A DNA stretch of 63,097 bases, taken from positions 1-63,097 of the forward strand of contig NIVC01003022.1 of NCBI GenBank assembly GCA_002269645.1. The letters run 5' to 3'. This document shows, in pieces, positions 1 through 12,500 of the stretch. The DNA comes from Macrostomum lignano (Eukaryota). The notes under the pieces were generated by a model. The model worked only from the letters and a program-made list of their open reading frames with translations. It was not told where the DNA came from and made no database searches. How positions within the stretch are numbered: position 1 is the first letter of the stretch; each line of letters opens with the position of its first letter. The position numbers and the translations under genes are program-made.

Positions 1-821
1 CGCTGACAATGATTTATTGCTATGCGCTTTCGTCTATGGCATTCGAAGGAGTCGAGATGGGGGAGAGTGAGAACGGGGGTGTGGGGGCTTAATGGTTTAG
101 TCGTCCTTGGGTCATTAATTGGAAATCCTGTTTCGACCATAAACAATTCAATCAATGCAGCTATAAATATGAAGCTTCATATTAATATTCCATTAACATC
201 ACCAGAGCCTCGGCAGATAAAGTGTTGAGACATTTTGCTCGATCGGTTCAGCCGCTTATCACAGTAGTAGTTTATTCACATCTACAATCAATCTACAGAG
301 AAGATAGCTTCGACTTTTCAGAGAATAATCAATTGATTTGTGCAATTCCTTACATTATATTTTATATAGTTAACAAAACGCTATTCATACAAATACAATA
401 CGCAAATAGTAATACAAATACGTATGTTTAAGATATACTGTACAAGTAGCTTTGGCACAAACTAGCTCAGTATGCAATTAATTGGGGAACCAGAGGGAGA
501 GAGAAGACTCCAGGCTCCCTCTCTTTTCATTCAATGTACACAAAAACTCTTCACTTATTTCTATGTACATTCATTTCAACCCGTCCCCCACCCTCCGTTG
601 GTATGTACACACGGGGCGGGGAAAGCTCTTATTCCTATTGGACTGGCCAGCCCACCCTTCCTAGCGTCGAGTGAACATTTAGGCTTTACTTTATTCAAGA
701 GAGAGAAGGCCTTACCTCCGCTTTTCAGAGCTTCACATTCAGACGACCCTATTGGCATTAGCTCTTTAAAGCAGAATATTGGATACCAGACGCGAATAAA
801 AGAGAAATAAACTAATTAATA

Positions 822-3800
822 ATGGTTGTCAGCTACGCGTCAAAGATCTACACGAAAGATCGACTGTTCTTCCTGAAGCTGCTATTCCGATGGACTGGCA
901 GCGTATGGGAGATGCTCTGGGTCGACTACATTTTCTTTGTTACGGCCTACGTCATTTTGGCTGTGATTTATCACCAGGCCTTGGCTAATCACGAACATCG
1001 GATGATCACATTCGAGGCTGTAGTGCGCTGGCTGAGCAAAATTCGCACCTCTGTGCCGCTCTCATTTATGCTGGGCTTCTTCGTGTCGACCGTGTTTAGT
1101 CGGTAAGTAAGAAAACGCAGTTACTGGTATAAGCCAAGCAGTTCTATTTTTAACTATTGCATCATCCAATATACTAAAAATGAAATGCTTGGTTGCTTGC
1201 TTGTAATTGATTTTCTCCCGAACGGCTCAACCGATTTTCTTCAAACTTTTTTTACTAAAACTCTTGCTCCTCTGAGCCTCCACTGCTTCCTCTGCGCTCC
1301 ACTGTTTCCTTTTGGTGCTCCAGCCTCCACTGCTTCCTTTCGGTGCTCCAACTGCTTCATCAATCATCTCAGCCTTCCTCATTGCTTTCTCAGCGCCCAT
1401 TACCTCTTTGACACTCCAACTGGTTTATCAGTGCTCAAGCTGCTTCCATTGTGCTTTAAGTTTAATACAGTTATCATTGCCTGTTTCGACCCAGCTGCAT
1501 TTAATTCACAAAGCAACTTCACCCGCTACAACATGACCGCGCAGCTGGTGGAGCACGTGCATGGCCATCCCCTGGCTCAGCAGCATGTCGTTCTACACTC
1601 AGGCCCTAGTCGAGAGCACCCATCCGGTGAAAAGCGATATTGCAAGAAAAATTCGCATAACAATACTGCGCTATTCTAATCTATCCTGGATCCTGATGAT
1701 GGCCACAATATCGCAGCAAATCAAGGACCGGTTTGGTTTTAACCAGCCGCTCAAGGCCAAGAAGAGCAGTCAGGACCGTTCCGCCGGCACGACAGCTGCT
1801 GCGACAGCCGGGACCGGCAACGATTCCACTGACGGCAATAAGAATAGCAAGAAGCCCGAGTTTGAGCTCACCTGGCGCGAGAGGCTGGACCTCATAAATT
1901 TGGACGAGAAGGTGCGGAAACATTTTGGTCGATTGGTGACCGCTGAGGAAGTTGAAACTTTTGCCAGGTCGGCCGAGCTGTCGCAGAGCACTGATCTCAC
2001 CTACAGTCCGGAGTACTGGCTGCCCTCGCCTGGGCTACCCGGCTCATTAAGCGGTCTAGGATGTTGGGTGAGCGACTGGGGATGGTTGAAACCTATTTCT
2101 GGGAATGCATGCTTTTATTCAACAGTCATCTTGAGCTTTGCAGGGTTTCTGTTGTGACTTTTTTAGAGTTTAGGGTTCGTTGGATTTTGGGGGTTGTTGG
2201 AGTTTTGGGGTTATTGGATTTTGGGTATTGGGGATTGTTTGAGTTTAGGGGTTGTTGGATTTTGGGGGTTTGTTGAATTTGGGGGGTTTGTTGGATTTTG
2301 GGGGTTTTTGGAGTTTAGGGGGGTGTTGGAGTTTGGGGTTTGTTGGATTTTGGGGGCTTTTGGAGTTTAGGGGTTGTTTGAGTTTAGGGGTTGTTTGAGT
2401 TTAGGGGTTGTTTGAGTTTAGGGGTTGTTGGAGTTTGGGGGTTGTTGGATTTTAAGGGGTTTGTTGTATTTCGAAGGTTCGTTGGAGTTTAGGGGTTGCT
2501 GGAGTTCGGAGTTTATTTGAGTTCTTATCCTTGTTGGGGCAATAAAACGCTCCCAATTATCATAATAAAATCATTTAAGCCATAAAAACGAAGCGCTCAA
2601 TTACTGATAGCTGATAAGGTTATTAGAATTTATTTACACAATTTATAATATTCAACCGGAGTGTCTGGAGGATACAGAGATAAAAGAGGGGTAGCATAAA
2701 GTAATATATTTCTCTTAAGACTCAACATACTCGTACTCATACTGAATTTTCTCTAAGCAAACACATTTTGCCTAAAGTACTTACAGGCATTTATATGGAG
2801 GCACAATGAATGAAAATATATACCTGCAAGACTACTCGTTCAAGTACTATTTATGGTACATGAATGTTCATTGCGAGTGCAACAAAATGTGCTTAGAACA
2901 ATTTCATTCTAATCTCTAAGTCTACTGAAATTTATGTGTAAAGGGCACATATTTGTTTCGAATTCGCTTATGAGGGCCAACCTTCAAGGCAACACGGTTG
3001 CTTGTCAGTTAAGAATCTTAAATCCAACCAATACGCAAAAAAACTTTTGAAGGCCTAATCGCTGAGGAGCGTGAGCTGCTGTTCTTAGTGGAGATGATCA
3101 ACAAGTTCAGAGGCGACCTGGGAACCGTGTGGTCCTACACCGAGTTCAATGTGCCGCTGGTGTACACCCAGGTTGCGGTGGCCGCTGTGTACCTGTTCCT
3201 GTTCTCCACCCTGCTGTCAACCCAGTTGATCCGACCGGAGATGGTGCGTCAGGTAACGATGGCCCCAGCTGCCGAGTCCATCAACGAGACCCAGTCTTCA
3301 GTGATTGACACCGTGCTGGGCGTTGAGCTGCTGGCGTACTTTCCCATTCTCGGCTCGCTTGAGTTCATTTTCTACCTGGGTGAGGTTTTTTCAAAGCAAT
3401 AGCTTGCGTCTTTTTGAAACAGTTTGAAAAAGTGGTACAATACGGGTCAACAAGTTCAATCAGGGATTGTGTTTAGGATCTAGAGAAGGGTCAGCAAACT
3501 TGGTTACTTCAGGGGTCAGATAAATAATCTAGCTCATGGCTACGGGTCAGATGAGGGGAAAGAAGAGGAAATAGAGGAGAGAGAAGAGGAAAGAGACGAA
3601 GAGAGGAGTAGAGAGGCGAGAGGGGAAGAGGTGAGAAGAGAGAAGAGGGTTGAGAATAAAAAAGGGGGGAGAGAAGAGAGAAGAGGGTGAGAAGATAGAA
3701 GAGGGTGAGAAGAGAGAAGAGAGAAGAGAGACGAGGGTTAGAAGAAAGAAGAGAGTTGAGAAGAGGGGAGAGAAGAGAGAATATGGGAGAGAGAAAAAAA

Positions 3801-4966
3801 GAGAGCTGAGAAAAGAAAAACATTAAGCAGTCCGGATTACTTTTGTAAAGGCCTGCCAACTTAAGCTTATAAAGTAGAGTCGATAATTATGCCCTTGCTT
3901 GTTATTCCCTATCATCCCAAGTCTAATTTTTTGCCAAACCCAGCTTCCTGGTGTCACTGTCAGCAGAATGACGTATCATTTGCGTATATAGGTTACTCGG
4001 GCTCCACTTTGTGAGCTTAAGTTGACAGGCCCTTTCATAGGATTGAGATAGAGATTAGAGAGGATAGATAGGCTTTGCAGGGCACATGCGGCCTGCGGGC
4101 CAGGGTTTGGCGATCCCTGTTCTCGGGAGAAAAGAGATCGAGATAAGAGTATGAATTGTAGAAATTCAGTGCGTTTAAATATGGGGATTTCGGAAATTCG
4201 GATGCTGCAACTCTAGCGGTTAAAAAGAATGGTACTGGAAATAAATAAACCAATGGAGGAGTTACTCACCGACCCAGTCACCGCCCACTCCGACAGGCTG
4301 GTTCAAGATCGGCATCATGCTGCTGAACCCGCTGGGCAAGGACCGGGCCGACCTGCCCCTGTCAGACATTCTCAACTCCAACCTGAAGGCGTCGGTGAAG
4401 CTGGGCGGCGCCGAGGACAGCCTGTTTCCGCCGGGCCTCACAGACAATGGCGAGCCAGTTGAACAGCAGGTGTCTCTGCTGCTGAGAGCCTTCGACTTCA
4501 GCGAGGTGCACGCGCACGACAATTTCACGTCGGCTGAGGAGGTCGAAGCCCACCTGCACAAGCACCTGCTGCGCCGGCTGCAGGGCACCGGCAAGGAGAT
4601 CGTGAATACCCTCGACTTTCTGCAGCTGCGCAATGTCGGCAAGAAAAAGTCTACAGCCAAGGCAGCTGCTACGGCTGCGGCTGCTTCAGCTGCTGCGCCG
4701 AAGAAGTCGGCTTCTGGCAGTGACTTGCTGGACAAGAGCGGCAGCGTTGGGGGTCTGGTGCTGCCGCCGCCGCTGCCGCCGCCGCTCTGGCCGCGTCGCC
4801 ATCGACAGATTCGCTGACCTCGATGGAGGTGGCGGCCATGAGGGCGAGCGGTCTGTCCGCTACGGTGCGCAATCCGCGCCGCGAGAGCATGCCACTGCTT
4901 GGCCACCAGGGCGGCGGTGACGACGACTTTGAGCTGGGTGGCAAGTCTGCCGAAGAGCGAGTCTGA
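822..4966 (+). CDS. BEST: Bestrophin-family anion channel (4 coding exons; two -1 frameshifts in homopolymer runs)
   Basis: Exons 822-1102, 1545-2067, 3053-3379 and 4297-4966 join in phase at GT-AG sites. Family motifs: MVVSYASK..FLKLLFRWTGSVW, VPLSFMLGFFVSTVFSR|WW, RITILRYSNL, EYWLPLAWATRLIKRSR (needs one extra C at 2023-2025), KFRGDLGTVWSY..VPLVYTQVAVAAVY, GWFKIGIMLLNPLG. The C-terminus reads most naturally to the TGA at 4964-4966 if one G is restored at 4749-4753; as assembled it stops at 4817. Confidence 0.9.
2165..2520. repeat. Degenerate G/T-rich ~20-bp tandem repeat in bestrophin intron 2
   Basis: Repeated GGGGTTGTT(G/T)GA(G/T)TTT(A/T)G units. Confidence 0.8.
3550..3815. repeat. GA-rich low-complexity tract in bestrophin intron 3
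   Basis: AGAAGAGAG-type purine repeats; the 116-aa minus ORF over it is a low-complexity artefact. Confidence 0.8.
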
Positions 4967-5378
4967 GTAGTAAAGATCTTGGGGACCTGGGTATTTTATT
5001 AAAAAGGCCAAACTCCCGAAAGCCCGAAACCCAAAGCTCGAAGACTACTGGTCCTTGAAACCAAACCAAGGTGCCTTTGTATTGAAAAATGAATTGAATT
5101 TAGGAGCACAAGCACTGGTGGATCCCAGGGGGTCAAGGGGATCGGCTGACAGACCTCCCCTGGGAAAAATCTGGATCCGCCACCGCCACTGAGCACTGAG
5201 CATTGTACCGGGTCGTTAAAAACGGGAAATCTTTATTGCGGGCATTTGCTCGGCGGGCAGATCTCTCGGGGCAAAACGGTAAAAATGCAGTGGAGCAACG
5301 GCGGGCGATAATCCTGAACCAAGTGTGTATATTGAATGTAGAAAGATATAGACTTATTGGTTGAGAAGACAAGTCTAT

Positions 5379-5580
5379 TAGCTGATTTTATAACTGGCGT
5401 GGGGTGGGGCGATGCCTCTAGCCAATGAGCGCGCATTGGGTGAGGACGGCCTTTTAGCTGATTTTATTACTGGCGTGGGGTGAGGCAAAGCCGCTAGCCA
5501 ATGAGCGCGTTGGGTGAGGACGGCCTTTAGCTAGTTTTATTACTGGCGTGGGGTGGGGCAAATCCGCTAGCCAATGAGCG
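5379..5580. repeat. ~76-bp tandem repeat (about 2.7 copies) carrying GCCAAT and GGGGTGGGG motifs
   Basis: TAGCTGATTTTAT(T/A)ACTGGCGTGGGGTG..GCTAGCCAATGAGCG recurs three times; CTATAAATAG follows at ~5607. Confidence 0.75.
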
Positions 5581-6549
5581 AAGTTTACCGGTTGTAGAAT
5601 CGTGACCTATAAATAGTATCACACCTTGGCTTATGGTTAAATAAAAATTTATTAAGTTCATTGAACTATCTAATACATGTAGTGTCAATAATGCAATTAT
5701 TAATTAGCGGTATTTTTATGTCTAAAAAGGAAGTTTTCCATTGATTTATTTATTCTAATCGCTTTATTTGCCAAGCCGAATTTTACTTTTACGAATTTAG
5801 TTTTCACCTGAAGCCAGTTTGCTAATTGTATAGTAAATTATTCTTATCAGTTATTATGGTTATTGTACATGTACATGTATTCTCCCAAAAACTATATGCA
5901 AAAATGTTTCTCGTGTTATTCACCAATTTTGTTTGATATTATAATTATGCTAATCATTGATTACAATAACCCAATTCATTCGACCTGACCGTACCAATTA
6001 ACTAAATTAATAAATCGAATCGAGACCAGAATTCGGTAACATTCTTATAAGCAACGATAAGAAAAGATTGAAGCTGTGCCAAGAGGCTCGTCAATTAATT
6101 GTATGCATTGGTTGATTTATATTATTATACTCCTGCGTTAAAAGTGAAATCTGAAAACAGTATAGTATTGCTGCATCCTAGTCTTACGGATTTGCACTGG
6201 GTTTACGAGTACCCAAGGAAAGCGCCTGATTAAATATTTGCCTATATTGCTACTTGCAGTAGAGCAGCTGTGCAAATACTTCACTAAAATTATCACACAG
6301 GAAAATGACACAAAGTATAAAAGTTTTGAGCTTAAAGAGCAAATATTTCCGATAGTAACAAAACTCAACTAAGAATAAGGAAACAGAGCAAGTTGAGAGA
6401 GTAGACAAGTCGCGACAGACTTATAAAAAATCTGTATTTTAGCTTTGCTTGGCAGTAGTATAGCGTTATAAAACTTCTAGTAGCTACGCTCGTAATATCA
6501 GTTAGTTTAAGTTAAGAGAAAGAATGCAAAAATATTCAACAGGCGAACC

Positions 6550-9500
6550 TCAGCCAGGCATTTGGTAGGCTTCAAGCCAGAGCTCGCCGGACTTCTTCAA
6601 CGACCTGATGATGTCCGCTAGGGCGGTCGACAGCGGCTTCTCCACATAGGGGATGCCGTGCCTGGCGCACAGCTGCTTCACGTGCGGCTGCACCAGCGGG
6701 TAAGAGTGGCGCGGCATGGTGGGGAACAGGCTGCTCGGCGCGGTGGGGGGTCGAAAGTGAGCACAACTATACTGTTGAATGTCTGAGCCAAAATATGAAA
6801 CAATATTGACCCTGTGAGTTATGATCTGGGAGGCTGGCTCAGCAACTGACATTCTGGGAGGCTGGCCCAGCAGCTGAGGATCTGGGAGGCTGGCCCAGCA
6901 GCTGAGGATCTGGGAGGCTGGCCCAGCAGCTGAGGATCTGGGAGGCTGGCCCAGCAGCTGAGGATCTGGGAGGCTGGCCCAGCAGCTGAGGATCTGGGAG
7001 GCTGGCCCAGCAACTGAGGATCTGGGAGGCTGGCTCAGCAACTGACATTCTGGGAGGCTGGCCCAGCAGCTGAGGATCTGGGAGGCTGGCCCAGCAGCTG
7101 AGGATCTGGGAGGCTGGCCCAGCAGCTGAGGATCTGGGAGGCTGGCCCAGCAACTGAGGATCTGGGAGGCTGCCCCAGCAGCTGAGGATCTGGGAGGCTG
7201 GCCCAGCAACTGAGGATCTGGGAGGCTGGCCCAGCAACTGAGGATCTGGGAGGCTGGCCCAGCAACTGAGGATCTGGGAGGCTGGCCCAGCAACTGAGGA
7301 TCTGGGAGGCTGGCCCAGCAACTGAGGATCTGGGAGGCTGGCCCAGCAACTGAGGATCTGGGAGGCTGGCTCAGCAACTGAGGATCTGTGGAGGTGGCGG
7401 GCGGTCAAGCCCGAGCATCTGGGAGGCTTCAATAAGTAACCCGGACCAACGCGCACTAACAAGACAACGTTAAGTGGAGAAACCAGATGTAAGAACCCGG
7501 TTGCAGCAACTCACTGGTGCTCAATCTGGTAGTTAAGATGGCCGGTGAACCAGTCGTTAAATTGAAGAGTTTAAGAGTGGTGATCAGTCACTCAAAAACT
7601 CCCACTTCTAGACACGGGGGAACAAGTGCCTAGGTATTTATCAGTTCAAATAACTTACTTCAGCGGGTCCTCTTGGGGTCGGCAGCCGGTGGAGTTCTGT
7701 GGCGCGTCGGGATAGCAAGCTTGCTGAGCGGTTACGGCGACCGGTTCCGGTGAACCACTGTTTTTCTTTGGTGTCCTTAACTTTATCTGTGGGTCGACCA
7801 AACGAGAGCGAATCAGAACTTCTTAACGGTCCTCGAGCTCGGAATTCACAATAGAACGTGCGCCCTAATGAACAATTGAATTCTCTAATTTTCTGTGATA
7901 GGTCCTCCTGAAGGGCGGCTTCTTCGTTACGTCCGAAACGTAACGGATAACTCAATTAAATCAATAAATCCTCTAGGAATATCCTAGGAAACAAGGAGGC
8001 CTTTCTCAAATGTATCGACAATGAACTGCTCTCGTATACTCAATCAATCACTTTATTAGCGCTATTAACAATTAACTAAATCGGGTAAACGCTTACCAAT
8101 TGGACAGGGATGGTCCCTCAGAGATTGGTCTTCTTATTTCTTCGGTGTCTTCTTAGAGACCGCTCCGAGTCTGAATTTTGACTTGAATTTTCACTTATAT
8201 TTATAGCAAAATTTTGGAGAAAAACCGGTTTGGGATTGGGTATTTACTTAGGTCAAAAATGTTTGATTAAGCGGTCATGCATGTTTGAGCATTACCATAT
8301 ATGGAGTTAAACAAATACAGCTGTTGAAATCCGGTTCCTTGATCAAACAATGTAGGGTTCTAAATCATTCTGTTTGCGCGTGATTCCTAAAATAGATATG
8401 ACTCATTTTGAAAGAAATTGACTTCCTTAGAATATTACTTTAAGTAGAGCATTACGGTATGGTCTAATAACTCTCTACAATATCTCCCCTTTTCACGAAA
8501 AATTCGTCCCGAATTTTAAAGTTAAAGCGGTGAAGTGGGGTTTTATCTTCTAATAAACATGAAAATGTATTTAAGGATTAGAAATTTTGAACCAGTAGTA
8601 GTATAGTAGATGGATAGGTAGATAGGTAGGTCACATTGTTATTGTGTTGCTTGGCAGGATGCATTGTTATTGTTAATAGGAAAGCGTATTATTCAGTATA
8701 TCGTTTACTTTGGTTGTCATTATATTGTCTTGGATTGCCACGTGATCGGCAGTCTCTGGCGTAATGACCAATTCTTCCACAGGTGTAACAAGTGGGTGGC
8801 GGAGCGTATCTCTGTCGCTGTGGCATGATTGCAGAAGTTTGGTACTGCTGCATGAGTTTGCTCAATTGTTCTCCCAATTGTGTCGTATCACTACTACGAG
8901 AAGTCAGGAGTGGGGCACTTGCTTCCCATTGCATGCCGCAACGAATTAATTGTTCCTCTGTCTCAATGGTTTCTCTTAACAACCTGTCTCGCAGCGAAGG
9001 TTGAGCATTATTAATGACATGGAGGATTAGGCTTTGTTCTTGGTCAGCAAGGCGTTGTCTTTCTCGTGCAGCTAGTTCTGCTGGTCCGATAGGCTGAGCT
9101 CCTGGGTTCGGTGGTGGTGGCTGGTGCAACGCTTTAATAATTTTGCGGACGTCATCGACGAAAGTAAGGAAGGATTCCGTCGGACTCATTTTTCGATTAT
9201 GAAGTTTGTGTAGAAGCACAGATCGATTGGTTCCACATCTGGCGAATTGTGCTCTCAGTTGTGTAACTAAAGTATGATAGTCTTGCTGTGCGGCGGCATT
9301 TAGTTTGCCATAAATTTCTCGAGCAGTACCTTCTAACAGTGGAGGAAGAAGAAGTGCCTTTTCTGGATTTTGTAGTCCGTATTCGCGAGTTACAAGGTCG
9401 AAGTGTTCAATGAAGGTGTTAAAATCTTTATCCATGGTATACATTCCAACAGTTTCCTTGACATCGCGATGCACTGTAGGGTTTCTTCGAGCCATATTTT

Positions 9501-12500
9501 CAAATGGGAACGGCAAGAGGACCAGATCTGGATCAATTTCCAAAGGATTTTCCAGATTGGACTTTCAAAGTGGCGAACAAGTGTTGTGTGTGTGTGCAAG
9601 CTCTTATTTACTTAAAGGAAGAAAGGAAAATGGACACGGGGGCAAAAAAATTCTGTGTTGCCTTTACCAAAGAAAGAAATTGAGATAGGATATTCGCAAA
9701 TTTAACAAAAGTATAAAACGGTGCACGAAGAATCAAAGGGTCTCTATGCAAACAATGGCGGTTCGGTAAAAAGTTCAGAAAAATTTGCGCAAAGGACTTG
9801 TGTCAAAGTACTTTCAGCGATCTAGCCTGGTAGCGCTTGAGCCTGGGCGAGATCACCAGTTGAAGAGTTTAAGAGTGGTGATCAGTCACTCAAAAACTCC
9901 CACTTCTAGACACGGGGGAACAAGTGCCTAGGTATTTATCAGTTCAAATAACTTACTTCAGCGGGTCCTCTTGGGGTCGGCAGCCGGTGGAGTTCTGTGG
10001 CGCGTCGGGATAGCAAGCTTGCTGAGCGGTTACGGCGACCGGTTCCGGTGAACCACTGTTTTTCTTTGGTGTCCTTAACTTTATCTGTGGGTCGACCAAA
10101 CGAGAGCGAATCAGAACTTCTTAACGGTCCTCGAGCTCGGAATTCACAATAGAACGTGCGCCCTAATGAACAATTGAATTCTCTAATTTTCTGTGATAGG
10201 TCCTCCTGAAGGGCGGCTTCTTCGTTACGTCCGAAACGTAACGGATAACTCAATTAAATCAATAAATCCTCTAGGAATATCCTAGGAAACAAGGAGGCCT
10301 TTCTCAAATGTATCGACAATGAACTGCTCTCGTATACTCAATCAATCACTTTATTAGCGCTATTAACAATTAACTAAATCGGGTAAACGCTTACCAATTG
10401 GACAGGGATGGTCCCTCAGAGATTGGTCTTCTTATTTCTTCGGTGTCTTCTTAGAGACCGCTCCGAGTCTGAATTTTGACTTGAATTTTCACTTATATTT
10501 ATAGCAAAATTTTGGAGAAAAACCGGTTTGGGATTGGGTATTTACTTAGGTCAAAAATGTTTGATTAAGCGGTCATGCATGTTTGAGCATTACCATATAT
10601 GGAGTTAAACAAATACAGCTGTTGAAATCCGGTTCCTTGATCAAACAATGTAGGGTTCTAAATCATTCTGTTTGCGCGTGATTCCTAAAATAGATATGAC
10701 TCATTTTGAAAGAAATTGACTTCCTTAGAATATTACTTTAAGTAGAGCATTACGGTATGGTCTAATAACTCTCTACAAAATGAGCCGCCTTCGGCATTCA
10801 TGGTGGCCTTCAGCTGCATCGGCAGCCACTCGCGCCGTTGGTCGCGGTCGATGTCCATGGGAATGTGGCTCATCTGGGTGCAGGCCACGAACCAGTGCGA
10901 CTCCAGGTAGCTGCAGGAGTCCGTTTCATAATTATACAGGATATCTATTAGTACAGTATAATTATAATTACAGTAACCTATAGATAAAGCAAAGTGATGT
11001 CCATTTGGCGCCCCTGGTGTCTCTTTGGTGCCCCTAATCTCCATTTGGCGTCACTGGTGTCTTTTTGGCGCCACTCATGTCTGTTTGGTGCCCCTGATGT
11101 CTCTTTGGCGCGACTGATGTCCATTTGGCGCCACTCATGTCTTTTTGGTGCCTCTGATGTCTATTCGGCGTCACTGACGTCTGGTTGCGCCACTGATGTC
11201 TGTTTGGCGCCACTGATATCTGTTTGTTGCCCCCGATGTCTATTTGGCGCTCCTGATGTCTGTTTGCGCCACTGATGTCCATTTGGCGCCACTGATGTCT
11301 GTTTGGCGCCACTGATGTCTGTTTGGTGCCACTGATGTCTATTTAGCGCCACTGACGTCTGTTTGGTGCCACTGATGTCTATTTAGCGCCACTGACGTCT
11401 GTTTGGTGCCACTGATGTCTGTTTGGCGCCACTGATGTCTGTTTGGCGCCACTGATATCTGTTTGTTGCCCCCGATGTCTATTTGGCGCTCCTGATGTCT
11501 GTTTGCGCCACTGATGTCCATTTGGCGCCACTGATGTCTATTTGGCGCCACTGATGTCTGTTTGGTGCCACTGATGTCTATTTAGCGCCACTGATGTCTG
11601 ATTTGTGCCCCTGAAGTCTATTTGGCGCCACTGATGTCTGTTTGGCGCCACTGAAGTCTATTTGGCGCCACTGATGTCTATTTAGCGCCACTGATGTCTG
11701 TTTGGTGCCACTGATGTCTGTTTGGCGCCACTGATGTCTGTTTGGCGCCACTGATGTCTGTTTGGCGCCTATGGTGTCCATTTAGCGCCCCTGAAGTCTC
11801 TTTGGCGCCCCTGAAGTCTATTTGGCGCCACTGATGTTTATTTGGCGCCACTGATGTCTATTTAGCGCCACTGATGTCTATTTGGCGCTCCTGATGTCTG
11901 TTTGCGCCACTGATGTCCATTTGGCGCCACTGATGTCTATTTGGCGCCACTGATGTCTGTTTGGCGCCACTGATGTCTGTTTGGCGCCACTGATGTCTGT
12001 TTGGCGCCTATGGTGTCCATTTAGCGCCCCTGAAGTCTCTTTGGCGCCCCTAATCTCCATTTGGCGCCCCTGAAGTCTCTTTGGCGCCCCTGATCTCCAT
12101 TTGGCGCCCCTAATCTCCATTTGGCGCCCCTAATCTCCATTTGGCGCCCCTGAAGTCTCTTTGGCGCCCCTAATCTCCTTTTGGCGCCCCTGATGTCTAT
12201 TTGACTCACTTCGGTGCCTTTATTGTTCGACTTCCTTTAAAGACAATCTTTTAATTTCAGCCCTTTACGTTTATGGTGGCCCATCTAAAGCCTCACAACT
12301 GCCATAAACCGCAATAAGCACTCACCGCACAAGCATGTAGAATCCAAACGTGGCAAGCCAGGACGGAAAGAAATGATTAAAAACGTAGAAAAATTTCAAA
12401 AAGAACGACAGCGTCCAGACAAAATCGCGCCAGTCGCCTCGCTTGAAGATGAAGTAGATATTCTCGTAGTGAAAGTACAGCGGCAGCAGCATTGGCGGCC

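Larger units (their letters stand above)
7563..10777 (-). mobile_element. Non-autonomous gag-only LTR retroelement (Ty3/gypsy-like Gag), 3215 bp, 4-bp TSD AAAT
   Basis: Direct repeats 7563-8479 and 9861-10777 (917 bp each, TG...CA termini). TSD AAAT at 7559-7562 and 10778-10781. PBS-like TGGTGATCTCGCCCAGG 2 nt after the 5' LTR, PPT GAAAAGGGGAGA before the 3' LTR. The 1381-bp internal region holds only gag. Confidence 0.95.

Noticed and set aside
4262-5011. 249-aa antisense ORF over bestrophin exon 4, and similar shadow ORFs over desaturase, PAK and AChE exons
   Set aside because: Typical stop-poor shadows of GC-rich coding sequence; no independent motifs.
5115-5185. MITE defined by GGTGGATCC / GGATCCGCC inverted ends
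   Set aside because: Only a 9-bp imperfect inverted repeat and no clear TSD; needs a copy-number search.
7641-7955. 104-aa ORF duplicated at 9939-10253 as a gene pair
   Set aside because: It lies within the LTR, has a non-ATG start and no recognisable domain; the duplication just reflects the two LTRs.
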